In this document: piece after piece, positions 37,598 to 48,980 of the stretch
Layout of the letters: every line of letters begins with the position of its first letter
Numbering within the stretch: the first letter of the stretch is position 1
DNA from: Malacoraja senta
Taxonomy: Eukaryota
NCBI GenBank assembly: GCA_038087875.1
Contig: JAXLNO010000256.1
Location: 1-64,000, forward strand
DNA length: 64,000 bases
Direction of reading: 5' to 3'
Notes under the pieces: model-generated
The model's input: only the letters and a program-made list of their open reading frames with translations
Databases searched by the model: none
Told to the model about the DNA's origin: nothing
Made by a program: the position numbers and the translations under genes

Positions 37598-38241
37598 GTG
37601 GATGAGCTTGAGGCTCCGTTAGAAATTGGCAAGTATAATGTCATGGGAATTAGAGACATGGCTGCAAGACGACCAGGGCTGGGAACTGAATATTCAGGGG
37701 TATACGTACGCTCGAAAAGACAGACAGACAGGTGGGCAGAGAGGGTGGGGTAGCTCTGTTGGTGAGGAATGAAATTCAGTCCCTTACGAGGGATGACATC
37801 GAATCAGGAGATGTGGAGTCAATACGGATAGAACTGAGGCCCGGACCAGCGAAACTGCCGCCCGCAGCCGCCGACTCTCACCGCCTCCCCGGGCGTGGCC
37901 ACTGTCGCCGACCTTCACTGTCACCACGACCACCGATGCTGCTGCCCGTATCTCTACTCCAGCCCCCCCCCCAACGGTCCTCCACCAGCGACTCCGCCCG
38001 CCGACCCTCCCTCGTCTCTCCATCGGCCACCAGCGGGCCAGAGCCGTCACCTCACCAGAGTTCCCGGCTCAGCACCAGGCCCACAACCTCCACCATGCAG
38101 ACAGCGCGTGGTCTGTCTCTGCTGGGTCCTAGTGCTCCCATCCCCCTACAGGGAGTGTAGTGATGGGTCTTCCCCTTCCCCCTCTTATAATCAGGTTACC
38201 TCGACCACACACCTGCTAGATAAAATTCCCCACTTTATTAT

Positions 38242-39512
38242 AGGGAGGTTGCACGGCAGTCAGGTCACGACCCGTGACCCGTACTGTTGCCACGCTACGC
38301 CAACTGGAGTACATACGATGAACTTCAGGTAAACACTTACCATTGTTTCCAGCGTAGTGGGCCCGTTAAAAACCGCCGCCATGGCCAATGTTTGCGCTGT
38401 AAATAATTATGGAAATCGGGGTAAGCGTGAGAGACATTTATCCTACTTCAGAATTCCATAAGTGAGGAGAAATGACGGTAGATAGAAGCAACAGCTGAAG
38501 GGACAACAGTAGCTAAAGTGATTGGCGGACATTGGCCGTGCAAATATGAAGATTGAAAATATTGGGAATTAACACGTTTGCTCACTGCATTTCATCAACA
38601 GTAAGGCATTATTTGTGTTTTTGCTTGATTCCTTTGGTATCTAAAAAGTTTCACAAGTGATAAATCTGGCTGTAAAATTTTAAAAACGCCCATGGTTCTC
38701 AAGTGGGTTTTTACATACAAAACGAAAACACTTCTGAAGCAAAATTTATCCTTCAAAAAATGGCAAACCGTACATGGGTTTTGAATTACATTTGACTCAG
38801 ATGCAAGCCAAGGAATGGCATACTTGTTAGCTGTTAATTGGACATAATCAACCTCAGTAAATTGACAATATCCTATTGGAAGGGAGTGGGTGTTTAAGCT
38901 GTCAGAACATTTTATTATTTGCCAAAATATACATCTCAATACCATAATGATAGAAAACTTACTTTTCCACACACCACTTGTAAGTCTGGAGATGTTTTTA
39001 ATGATAAATTTAGCTTCAGAAGCATTTTCTTTTTGCATGTAAAAACCCACTTCAGAACCATGAGCGATTTTACAATTTTACAGCCAGATTCATCACTTCT
39101 GAAACGTTTTAGATAGCAAATGAATAAAGAAAAACATACATAATGCCTTACTGTTGATGAAATGCAGTGAGCAAAGGTGATAATTCCCAATATTTTCCAA
39201 TTTGATATCTGCATGGCCAATGTTCGCCAAGCACTTTAACTGTTGTTGTCCCTTCAGCTCTCGCTTCTCTTTACCTTCATTTCGTTTCACTTTTGGAATT
39301 CTGCAGTAGGATAGATGTCTCTCACGGTTAGCCCGATTTCCACAATTATTTACAGCGCAAAAATTCAACATTTTGGCGGTTTTTAACAGGTGGGAAAGTA
39401 CGCGTTTCTTGCATTAATAACATATACCGGAAGTTACGTTTGTCTTCTAAATGGATTGAGCGGCTCCGTGAGTCAAGCCCTATGACCCAGTGACCTTACG
39501 TGCAACCCCCCT
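38242..39512. mobile_element. Non-autonomous THAP-bearing DNA transposon, ISL2EU (PIF/Harbinger-related)-like, fold-back structure
   Basis: AT|AGGGAGGTTGCACG...CGTGCAACCCCCCT|AT; THAP exon on + (38381-38600, with stops) and on - (39371-39151: FCAVNNCGN...IPK...HLCSLHF), each followed by gtaagg. Confidence 0.75.
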
Positions 39513-39734
39513 ATAGCTACTTCCCCACAACTTCAAACAAACTCTGAACATTAATAGCCCATTGCTCTTTATCTGCTTATTTATGTGTGTGTATATATAT
39601 ATTCAATGGTATATGGACACACTGATCTGTATTTATTTATGCCTGCAATATTCTGTTGTGCTGAAGCAAAGCAAGAATTTCATTGTCCTATCTGGGACAC
39701 ATGACAATATACTCTCTTGAATCTTGAATCTTAA

Positions 39735-40125
39735 ATCGCTTGGAAGTTCAATGCATTAAATCGCTTTGCACTAATCTTGCAGAACCACTTAAAAATGTTA
39801 AATGCAACACATGCATCGCATTGGAATAACTTTGCACCCTCCTGCAACGTTAAATGCAGCAAATACGTTGCATTCAAGTAATATTGCCACCTGCCCCCCA
39901 ACCCCGCTTGGAAGTTCAATGCATTAAATCGCTTTGCACTAATCTTGCAGAACTCCTCAAAAATGTTAAATGCAACAAATGCATCGCGTTGGAATAACTT
40001 TGCACCATCCTGCAACATTAAGTGCAGCAAATGCATCGCATTAGTGATATTGCAACCCCCCGGGATGTGAAATGCATTAAATTGATTGCAATAATCTTGC
40101 AAAACGCATCAGATGTGAAATGCAA
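39735..40125. repeat. 168-bp tandem duplication (~2.3 copies) rich in tgca
   Basis: cgcttggaagttcaatgcattaaatcgc at 39737 and 39905. Confidence 0.8.
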
Positions 40126-40134
40126 CGGTGATGT

Positions 40135-40335
40135 CACAGAGGGGACGGCGGGGCAGGACATCCAGCCCTCTGACTGATCGGACGTCCCCATTGGCGGAGA
40201 GAGGCGTCATTCAACCGGGCGGTGGGGCGGGACTTGCAGATGGCCGGAAGCGGCAAGTGATTGGTGGAGTTGGACGTCAGTCAGAGGGTGGGAGAAGGAA
40301 CCCGCCCCCTTGTCTCTCTCTGGTCTGCGTTGCAG
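40135..40335. promoter_or_regulatory. Housekeeping-type promoter motif cluster
   Basis: Two ATTGG (CCAAT) boxes, ggggcgggac GC-box, ccggaag ETS, and gcgtca/gacgtca CRE-like sites within ~150 bp of CpG-rich DNA. Confidence 0.5.
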
Positions 40336-40339
40336 ACAG

Positions 40340-40758
40340 GAGTGAGAGAGAGGGAGAAGGGGAGAGAGAGAGAGAGAGGGTGAGATGGAGGAGTGTGGGC
40401 TGGGAGAGGGAGGGAAGGAGGAAATGAGAACTTGAGGGAGAAATGAAGAATTGAGTGAAAATTTTAGATTTGAGTGAAAGAGAGGGGGAAGGTGGAAGGT
40501 GGAAAGGAGGGAAGGAGAGATGGAGGGGAGAGAGAGAGAGAGAGAGAGAAAGAGGCGGGAGAGAGGAGAGGAGAGGAGAGGAGAAAGAGAGAGAGAGGAG
40601 AGAGAGAGAGAGAAAGGAGAGAGGGAGAGGGAATATAGAGGAGAGGAGAGGCAGAGAGAGGGAAAGAGAAAGGAGAGAGGGAGCGGGAAAGATAGAGAGT
40701 AAGAGAGAGAGAGGGAGAGAGAGAAAGGAGAGGGAGATAGGAGAGGAGGGTGGAGAGG

Positions 40759-40822
<64 letters not shown>

Positions 40823-41320
40823 AAGATAGATGGGAGAGAGGGAGACGGAAAGATAGAGGGCAGGGGAGGAGAGGAGAGGGGAGATAGATAGAGGGAAGGA
40901 GAGGAGAGAGAAATAGGGGAGGGAGATAGAGGGAGAGGGAAAGAGAGAGAGGGAGAGAGATGGAGGGAGGGAGATGGAGGGGTGTGGGCTGCGGGAGGGA
41001 GGAGGGAAAGAGAAATTGAGTGAAAAATGAGGATTTGAGTGAAAGAGAGGGGGAAGGTGGGAGGGAGGGGAGATGGAGGGGAGAGAGAGAGAGAGAGAGC
41101 GAGAAAGGAGAGGGACAGAGGAGATGGGAGAGGGAGAGAGACAGAGAAAGTAGACAGGGAGAGGGCAAGATAGAGGAGAGGAGAGAGAGGGGGGGGAGAG
41201 AGAATGGCGAGAGGGAGAGGGAAAGATAGAGGACAGGAGAGGGAGAGAGAGAGGGGGTAGAGACAGAAAGGAGGGAGAGGGAAAGATAGAGGAGATGGGA
41301 GGGGAGGGGAGAGAGAGGGA
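40340..41320. repeat. GA-rich polypurine tract with an internal ~585-bp duplication
   Basis: aattgagtgaaaa...gatttgagtgaaagagagggggaaggtgg at ~40449 and ~41014-41060. Confidence 0.85.
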
Positions 41321-41454
41321 TGAATTTTAAAGGAATTGTAGTCTTCACTTTAGGAGCAGATTTGCAAGTTTGACACCAGCATCTGAAGAATTCAATCGTT
41401 AGTTAAGTTCATAATGGTGGCGTTCGTGTGCGCAGGAGGGCGTGCGTGTTTGCG

Positions 41455-41752
41455 GGCACACAATACTCCAGGTGTGGTCTCACTAGGGCCCTGTACAACT
41501 GCAGAAGGACCTCTTTGCTCCTATACTCAACTCCTCTTGTTATGGAGGCCAACATGGCCAAAACTGTACACAATACTCCAGGTGTGGTCTCACTAGGGCC
41601 CTGTACAAATGCAGAAGGACCTCTTTGCTCCTGTACTCAACTCCTCTTGTTATGGAGGCCAACATGGCCAAAACTGCACACAATACTCCAGGTGTGGTCT
41701 CACCAGGGCCCTGTACAACTGCAGAAGGACCTCTTTGCTCCTATACTCAACT
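41455..41752 (-). repeat. 110-bp CR1-derived tandem triplication
   Basis: caatactcca at 41461, 41571, 41681. Confidence 0.85.
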
Positions 41753-41842
41753 CTTTCTCGGTTTTCTTTCCTTTCCAAATAAAGTGAAAACATCTTTTAC
41801 ACTTTGTGGACAAGGCAATGTTTGAATTATGTTCTTCAACCA

Positions 41843-42173
41843 GTTTAGTCTAGTTTAGTTTGGAGATACAGCGCGGAAACAGGCCCTTCGGCCCACCGAG
41901 TCCATGCTAGCCGACCAGCGATCCCCACACACTAACAATATCCTACACACACACACACTGGGGGACAGTTTACAATCTTTACCAGAAGCCAATTAACCTA
42001 CAAACACGCACGTCTTTGGAGTGTGGTGGGAATCCGGAGCGCCCGGAAAAATCCCACGCTGGTCACGGGTAGAGAACGTGTAAACTCCACACAGACAGCA
42101 CCCGTGGTTGGGATGGAACCGGGGTCTCTGGCGCCGTGAGGCGGCAACTCTACCGCTGGGCCATCGTGCCGCC
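41843..42173 (-). mobile_element. Full-length tRNA-derived V-SINE (HE1-like)
   Basis: Minus strand begins ggcggcacgatggcccagcggtagagttgccgcctcacggcgccagagaccccggttccatccc and ends in a (ctaaa)n-like tail. Confidence 0.85.
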
Positions 42174-42819
42174 CAGAGAGGGAGGGAGGGAGGGGTGAAT
42201 ACTTCTCTCTCCCTCGTCAATCTCTCTCCCTGCTTCTCTCTCTCTATCTCTCCCTCTTCCCTCTCCCTCTCCCCTCTCCCCCTCGTCTTATCTCCCGGAA
42301 CCAAACCTGCGACGTTTCGCCCTCCACCCGGACGCCTGAGACGCGCCGTCCCACTTTGCCAGCGCCGGTGCGCCGTTCTAAAGCGTCCCCCCTTCCCCAG
42401 GAAGCGACTTTGTGGAGGAGGGGATCGCCACTCAACCGGAAATGGTGCGGGAATCCAGCTGTGAAGAGCAGGTGAGGATGAAAGCGCTGCCATGCAGCGG
42501 GGGGGGGCAGCAATCCAGCCAATGATGCATGCATTCCCTTTAATGCAGCAGGGGGAGCATGCACAGGCGCTTGTAGGCCGATCCCAGCATTTTATAATTC
42601 ACCCTATAGTCACCCTTAATACAGCCCTTCAGGCCGATTTTTGTCTCATTTCCAAACCATTTGCCCCAAACCCCTTCCAAACTCACCAAGCCGACCTTGC
42701 AGGACAATGGCGTGGATGTGGGAAGTCCGGAGCGGCCAAAACAGGCCCTTCGGTCCATACCCCCCTGCCAGCCCGCAGTTGGCATTGTCTGAATCGGATC
42801 CAAATCCCCTCTAGCAAAC

Positions 42820-42857
42820 AGAGAGAGACAGAGAGAGAGACAGAGAGAGACACAGAT

Positions 42858-42888
<31 letters not shown>

Positions 42889-42939
42889 GACAGAGAGACA
42901 GAGAGAGAGAGAGAGAGAGACAGAGAGAGAGAGAGAGAC

Positions 42940-43018
<79 letters not shown>

Positions 43019-43031
43019 GAGACAGAGAGAC

Positions 43032-43062
<31 letters not shown>

Positions 43063-43063
43063 C

Positions 43064-43108
<45 letters not shown>

Positions 43109-43134
43109 GAGAGAGAGGACAGAGAGAGAGAGAC

Positions 43135-43173
<39 letters not shown>

Positions 43174-43208
43174 GAGAGAGAGACAGAGAGAGAGAGACAG
43201 AGAGAGAC

Positions 43209-43260
<52 letters not shown>

Positions 43261-43424
43261 AGAGAGAGAGAGACAGTGAGAGAGAGAGAGAGAGAGACAG
43301 AAAGAGACAGAGAGAGAGAGACAGAGAGAGAGAGAGACAGAGAGAGAGAGGCAGAGAGACAGACACAGAGAGAGAGAGACACAGAGAGACAGGGACAGAG
43401 AGACAGACAGAGAGACAGACAGAG

Positions 43425-43469
<45 letters not shown>

Positions 43470-43540
43470 AGAGAGACACAGAGAGAAAGACACACAGAGA
43501 GAGAGACAGAGCGACAGAGAGAGAGACAGAGAGACACAGT
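42820..43540. repeat. (GA)n/(GACA)n microsatellite
   Basis: Read directly from the sequence. Confidence 0.95.
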
Positions 43541-43627
43541 GACACAGCGTGGAAACAGGCCCTTCGGCCCAACGTTCCACACTGACCTACATGCCCATTC
43601 TACACTAGTCCCACCTGCTGCCCACGT

Positions 43628-46155
43628 TTGGCTATGAGGGCTGATTCCATGGCTAAGAAGCTGCTAAGTAACAAGGCTACAGATTTTTCGAAAGAAGTGA
43701 GAGCTCTTAACAGTTGCAAAACATCTCTACCATGCACTGTAGATGGAATCTCTGGAACAGCTAATATCGCGGAGTTATGGCAACAACATTATAGTACTTT
43801 ATTCAACTGTGTCCAAGGTGACTTGTATAGGGTGGACAATATTGAGAGTAGTGACTCAATGGTGATTATGTCACATAATAATAATGATAATAATAAATAC
43901 TTTATTAATCCCATTTTCAATGGGAAATTCAGATGTCCTTGCAGCACACTAATAAAAGTACAACATAGCATTAAAGAAGAAGTTTAACATTAAAACATAA
44001 AAACATCCCCCCCACAATGGTTCCCACTGTGAGGGAAGGCACAAAGTCCAGTCCCCATCCTCTTGTCCACCCATAGTCGGGCCTATTGAGGTCTCCACAT
44101 TCGCCGCTACGGAGGCCCGATGTTTCAGGCCCTCTCGCCGGGTGATGGTGCTCCGGCGTCGGGAGATTCCTGTCATCGGCTTGGGATGCCTGGAACGGCC
44201 TCCTCCTTACTGGAGACCACGGCTTCCAAAGCCAACAGGCCGCTATGGACGGAGTTCCACCACTGGTGATCTCGGCGATAGATCCCAGGCTCCCGATGTT
44301 CAAAGTCAGCGCCGCTGCCCACGGCTGTCCACTCCACAGACCTGCAGCACCACGATGTTCAATCGGCAGATCCCAGCATACCGGAGTTCCAGCGCGGCGA
44401 CCCAGGCAAGGCATCGCCCACTCCGCGATAGCGCTCCAGCGCTGTGCCGCCGCCGAAGCCGAGGTTCTGGCCAGGTTCCCTCAGGAAACGCCGCTCCAGG
44501 CCCCGCTGGTAGGCCTCGAGGGCTGGTCGAAGGTGCTACTCGGAGGAAGGCAGCCTCCCCGACCAGGTAGGGACTAGACAATGCAGTTTCCCCCTCCCCC
44601 CCCACCCCACCCCACACATAAAATAATTAGACCCCCAAACAACACTTTTACGTACTAAAAATAATAAAAGAAGTGAAAGAAACGGACAGCGGCAGGACTG
44701 GCAGCCGTATAGGACAGCGCCCCCTCTCAGAGGTGTATAATGCCATGAACAAGGTGTCCAACAACCAAGCAAGAGGCTTGGATCATATTTCTGCTGAACA
44801 TCTTAAGTATGTGAGTATGAGGATAGCTCCTCTCCTTGCTATTTGTTTTACTGGCTTTATGATTCATGGCTTGTTACCAGACTCAATGTTGTCTGTTCTG
44901 TTAGTGCCGGTCATTAAGGACAAAGCTGGTAAAGTAGGCAGCCTAAATAATTACAGGCCCATGGCTTTAGCCAGCATATTGTCAAACGTTTTAGAAAGAG
45001 TTCTGCTGGATAGAATAAATGAGTTTGTTAACTCCACAGATAATCAGTTTGGTTTAAAAGCTAAACATGGCACTGACTTATGCATATATGCCCTAAAGGA
45101 GATTGTAAACAAATATAGAGGCAAAACCTCTTCAATCCTTATGTGCTTTATTGATGCTTCCAAAGCCTTTGATCATGTTAATCGCACAAATCTGATTGTT
45201 AAAATGAGTCAAAGATGGGTGCCTAAATACACTGTGAGAATTCTGGCCTACTGGTATGCCCACCAGACTATGCAAATAAAATGGGGCAATAGGGTCTCAG
45301 CCCCATTTGGGGTTAGCAATGGTGTTAGACAAGGGGGGATTTTGTCCCCAGTCCTTTTTAATCTTTATATTGATGATCTGTCCAAACAATTGAAAGCCTG
45401 TAATACTGGGTGCATGATTGGTAATATTTTAGTGAACCATATTATGTATGCAGATGATCTTGTGGTCTTTAGTCCATCTAGCGCTGGTCTACAGCAGCTC
45501 CCTACTATATGTTCTGTGTATGGTATGGAACATGATATTAAATATAATGCTGGTAAGAGTGCTGTTATGATCTGTAGAACCAAAGAGGATAAATGTCTAA
45601 AATGTCCTGATTTTAAATTGTCTGACAATAAACTTAGTGTCTGTAATAAGGTAAAATATCTAGGGCATTTTATTACAGAACAAATGACAGATGATGAGGA
45701 TATTTATAGGCAACAACGCATGCTGTATATACAGGATGATATTCTCTTGAGTAAGTTTGGTGCGTGTGCAGATGTGGTTAAGATGTCGCTATTTAGAGCA
45801 TACTGCACACCACTCTATACTGCGCACCTGTGGTCGAACTATGGAAAGACAAGTTTGCAGAGACTAAAGGTGTCATATAATGATGCCATGAGAACACTAC
45901 TAAGGAAACCTAGATGGTGTAATGCTGGTAACATCGCTGTCTCGTTGTAGGACATTGATCATTCTTTTATTCTGGATTTTAATTCATGCATTGTGTTTTT
46001 TTTTCTTAATATATAATTTATGATGCTTTTATAAGTGATATACTAAGATTTTATATGTACTTTATGATATTTTTACATATGTAATGCATTTTTATGTAAT
46101 GTTGCCCCTTGTCTGGACCTTGAGTCTGAAATAAAGTTTATTATTATTATTATAT
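43628..46155 (+). mobile_element. 5'-truncated RTE-X-like LINE interrupted by an ~850-bp insertion
   Basis: ...DSMVIMSH | EVYNAMNK...NNYRPMAL, FIDASKAFD, GVRQGGILSP, YADD; aataaa followed by (tta)n tail. Clade assignment is from recalled motifs. Confidence 0.8.
43875..44728 (-). mobile_element. GC-rich non-autonomous retroelement with (TTA)n tail
   Basis: Splits the RTE-X frame; shares layout and a hairpin motif with 14600-15456 and 19890-20716. Confidence 0.65.
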
Positions 46156-46162
46156 TTATTTT

Positions 46163-46652
46163 ATTGTGTGTAATTAATTATTATGTAGTTTAGTGTCATT
46201 CTGTGCAACATGGGCCAATGGATTGACTGATCACCTTCTCAGATTTCCCTGAAAATCAGTGCCTGTATATCAGATCACACAAGTAACACAACAGAAAACA
46301 AGGTCTCAACTCCAAATTCCAATGGGCCTTTGGCAATGTTTCGAGCTATATAAATGGTTCATAACTTCGAAGGAACTTTGAGTTGAAAGTTGATTTTTCT
46401 GCTGTGGTCTTTGTACCAGAGTTGTGTAAAACATGATTTTGAATCAAATCTTACATGGCGACCAGCCAACCTTCTTACTTGCTGTTATTTGGTACAGAAT
46501 CAAATCATCCAATACCAATCAATTGATATACGTCTCCGATAAACCATCAATGTTTACTGAAATTTTGGTCCTTGGAAATGGGATTTTTGGACCTTGAAAG
46601 CCCTTGAATTTATAGCTGTTCCAAGTGTATGAACCCTGGTATGAGAAATAAG
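46163..46652 (+). repeat. Second copy of the 37105-37597 segment
   Basis: Collinear similarity. Confidence 0.9.
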
Positions 46653-47009
46653 TCAGAATCAGAACCACACTTTATTTGCCAAGTATGTTTTGCAACATAC
46701 GAGGAATTTTATTGGCCAGGTCAGTCATACAATTAAAAGTAACAGATCACCCAAAAACACATTTTAACATGAACATTCACCACAGTGACTCCTACACATT
46801 CCTCACTGTGATGGAAGGTGAAATAAAGTTCAAGTCCTTCCCTTTGTTCTTCCTCGGTCGTGGGCCTCGAGCCTCAGTTGACGGAACGATCTTGACACCC
46901 GTAGCCAGCGGCGTTCGGGCCCTCCGTGCCGAGGCGATCAAGCTCCCGCATCGGAGGGATGTCAGCTCCCTCGCGCCGGGCGATCGAACCTCGCGTCGGG
47001 GCTGGTCGA

Positions 47010-47630
47010 ACCTTCCAGCCAGTAGCATGTCTAAGGCCATGCGATTTTGCCAGGCCATTAGGCTGGTATCTGTCAGTTGTTCCGCTAATCCTTCAACCGC
47101 ATCTCGAGTGTATTTTATAAAGCGTTGTTGATTGTAGTATAGGTAGTTGATCCAGTCCACATTTTTATTAATTGTGGACCACCAGAAGAGTATGGACTCA
47201 AAGCCCGCAGCTATCTGGTTTCTGGCTTTGAATTCATCAGGTACCTCTCTTGGCACCCCTATCGCATCTATATATATGTGTGTGTCGAATGATCCTTTCA
47301 CCCCTCTCTCTTGTCGTTGGCTTCCTTCATTGAGTTCTCCAATGTTATACGTCTGATTGCAGTTGAGCACCATCCCCATGTCCTGTCCGTTTGGGTTATT
47401 TCTTGTATAGCACTCAAACCCCTCCTCCCCAAGAGGACTGGTAGTGCCAATCTTTACAGGGATGGGTGCATACATACATTCTATAGCCGCAGCACCATTT
47501 TCCTTTACATACATCAAATGGGATGGTGGTGGACCTTCTATTCTGTGGTATTGTGATTTTTATGCATGTTATATTACTCACGAGTTGGGTAACCACCCAA
47601 CACACGACCCACCAACACGAAATCTTCATT
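47010..47630 (-). pseudogene. ERV env remnant: signal peptide-like start, mostly deleted SU, TM ectodomain with immunosuppressive domain
   Basis: MKISCWWVVCWVVTQLV start; SFDTHIYIDAIGVPREVPDEFKARNQIAAGFESILFWWSTINKNVDWINYLYYNQQRF...QNRMALDMLLA, truncated by an insertion. Confidence 0.85.
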
Positions 47631-48034
47631 TTTCCCCGCGGGTTCTTGGTAAATATTAACGTCAATGGTTCCTCTCCTTTGCGCACAGTCCACGGGCTGA
47701 TATTGTCTGGTGGGGCCTCCACAGGACCCTTAACTCGACTTGCGTATGTCCACCCGTTTTCTTTTGTCCGCACTGCTGTTTCCGTGGTCATTAGTACCAA
47801 ATATGGACCAGTCCACTTAGGTTGCATCTTTTCTTCCTTCCATGATGTTACAAGATCCCAGTCCCCCGCTTTCACAGAATGGATTGGAAAGTCAAGATGG
47901 GGACTCTGGGCCAGCAGCCCCTTGGGTTTTAATTCTGTAATAGAACGAGATACTGCCAGTAAATAGTTCCTTAGGAATACATCATTCCCTTGTATTTGTT
48001 GGGACCCCTTCTATCTTTCCTAAATAATAAAGAC

Positions 48035-48980
48035 ATAACTTGTTCAACCTTTCTCTGTGTCTTAGTTGCTGAAACCCAGGCAACATTCTAATTGATCTCC
48101 TCTGTACTCTCTCTCTATTTTGTTGACCTTTTTCCTATAATTATGCCTACCAAAATTATACACCATACTCCACAATTGACCTCACCAATGCCTTGTACAA
48201 TTTAACATTACAACCCAACTTCTATACATAATGCTCTGATTTATAAAGGCCAACACACCAAAATCTTTCTTTACCATCCTATCTTCATGAGATTCCACCT
48301 TTAGGGAACTATGCACAGTTATTCCTAGATCCCTCTGTTCAACTTCATTCCTCAAATCACAATCATTTACCATGTAGGTTCAATTTTGATTTGTCCTGCC
48401 AAGATGTATCATCTCACACTTATCAACATTAAACCCATCTGTCATGTTTCAACCCACTCTTCCAAATGATCTAAATCTCTCTGTACACTTTTAAAATCTA
48501 CTTCATTATTCACAACACCCCCTATCTTAGTATCATCTACATACTTATTAATCTATTTTACCACACCAACATCCAGATTATTGATTCACATGACAAACAA
48601 CAGTGGACCCAACACACATCCCCGAGGTACCCCTCTAGTCACTGACCTCCAACCTGACAAACATCCATCCACCATTGCTCTCTGACATCTCCCATACAGC
48701 CACTTTTTAATCCATCTTGCTATTCCTTACTAACCCTTCTTAACCAACCTTATTTCCTTATTGAACCTTGTCAAAGGCCTTACTGAAGTTCATCTAGACA
48801 ACATCCACCACTTTACCCTCATCAATTTCCCTAATAACTTTTTCAAAAAATTCAAGATTAGTCAAACATCACAATCGCAAAGCCATGCTAATTCTTCCTA
48901 ATCCTACCCTATTTATCCAAATTCTTATATTGTCTTAAGTATCCTTTCCATTATTTTGCCCACCACTGATGTCAAACAAC
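48035..48980 (-). mobile_element. Decayed CR1 RT fragment inside the ERV pol region
   Basis: Collinear with 17690-18660 but heavily substituted. Confidence 0.85.

Noticed and set aside
46792..47517. Domesticated syncytin-like env
   Set aside because: SU is largely deleted and frameshifted, and TM is cut off right after the immunosuppressive domain by another insertion, leaving no membrane anchor.
48035..48980. APOBEC-type hypermutation of the CR1 fragment inside the ERV
   Set aside because: Losses are mainly plus-strand G to A, C or T, not G-to-A on the ERV sense strand; ordinary decay or poor consensus is more likely.
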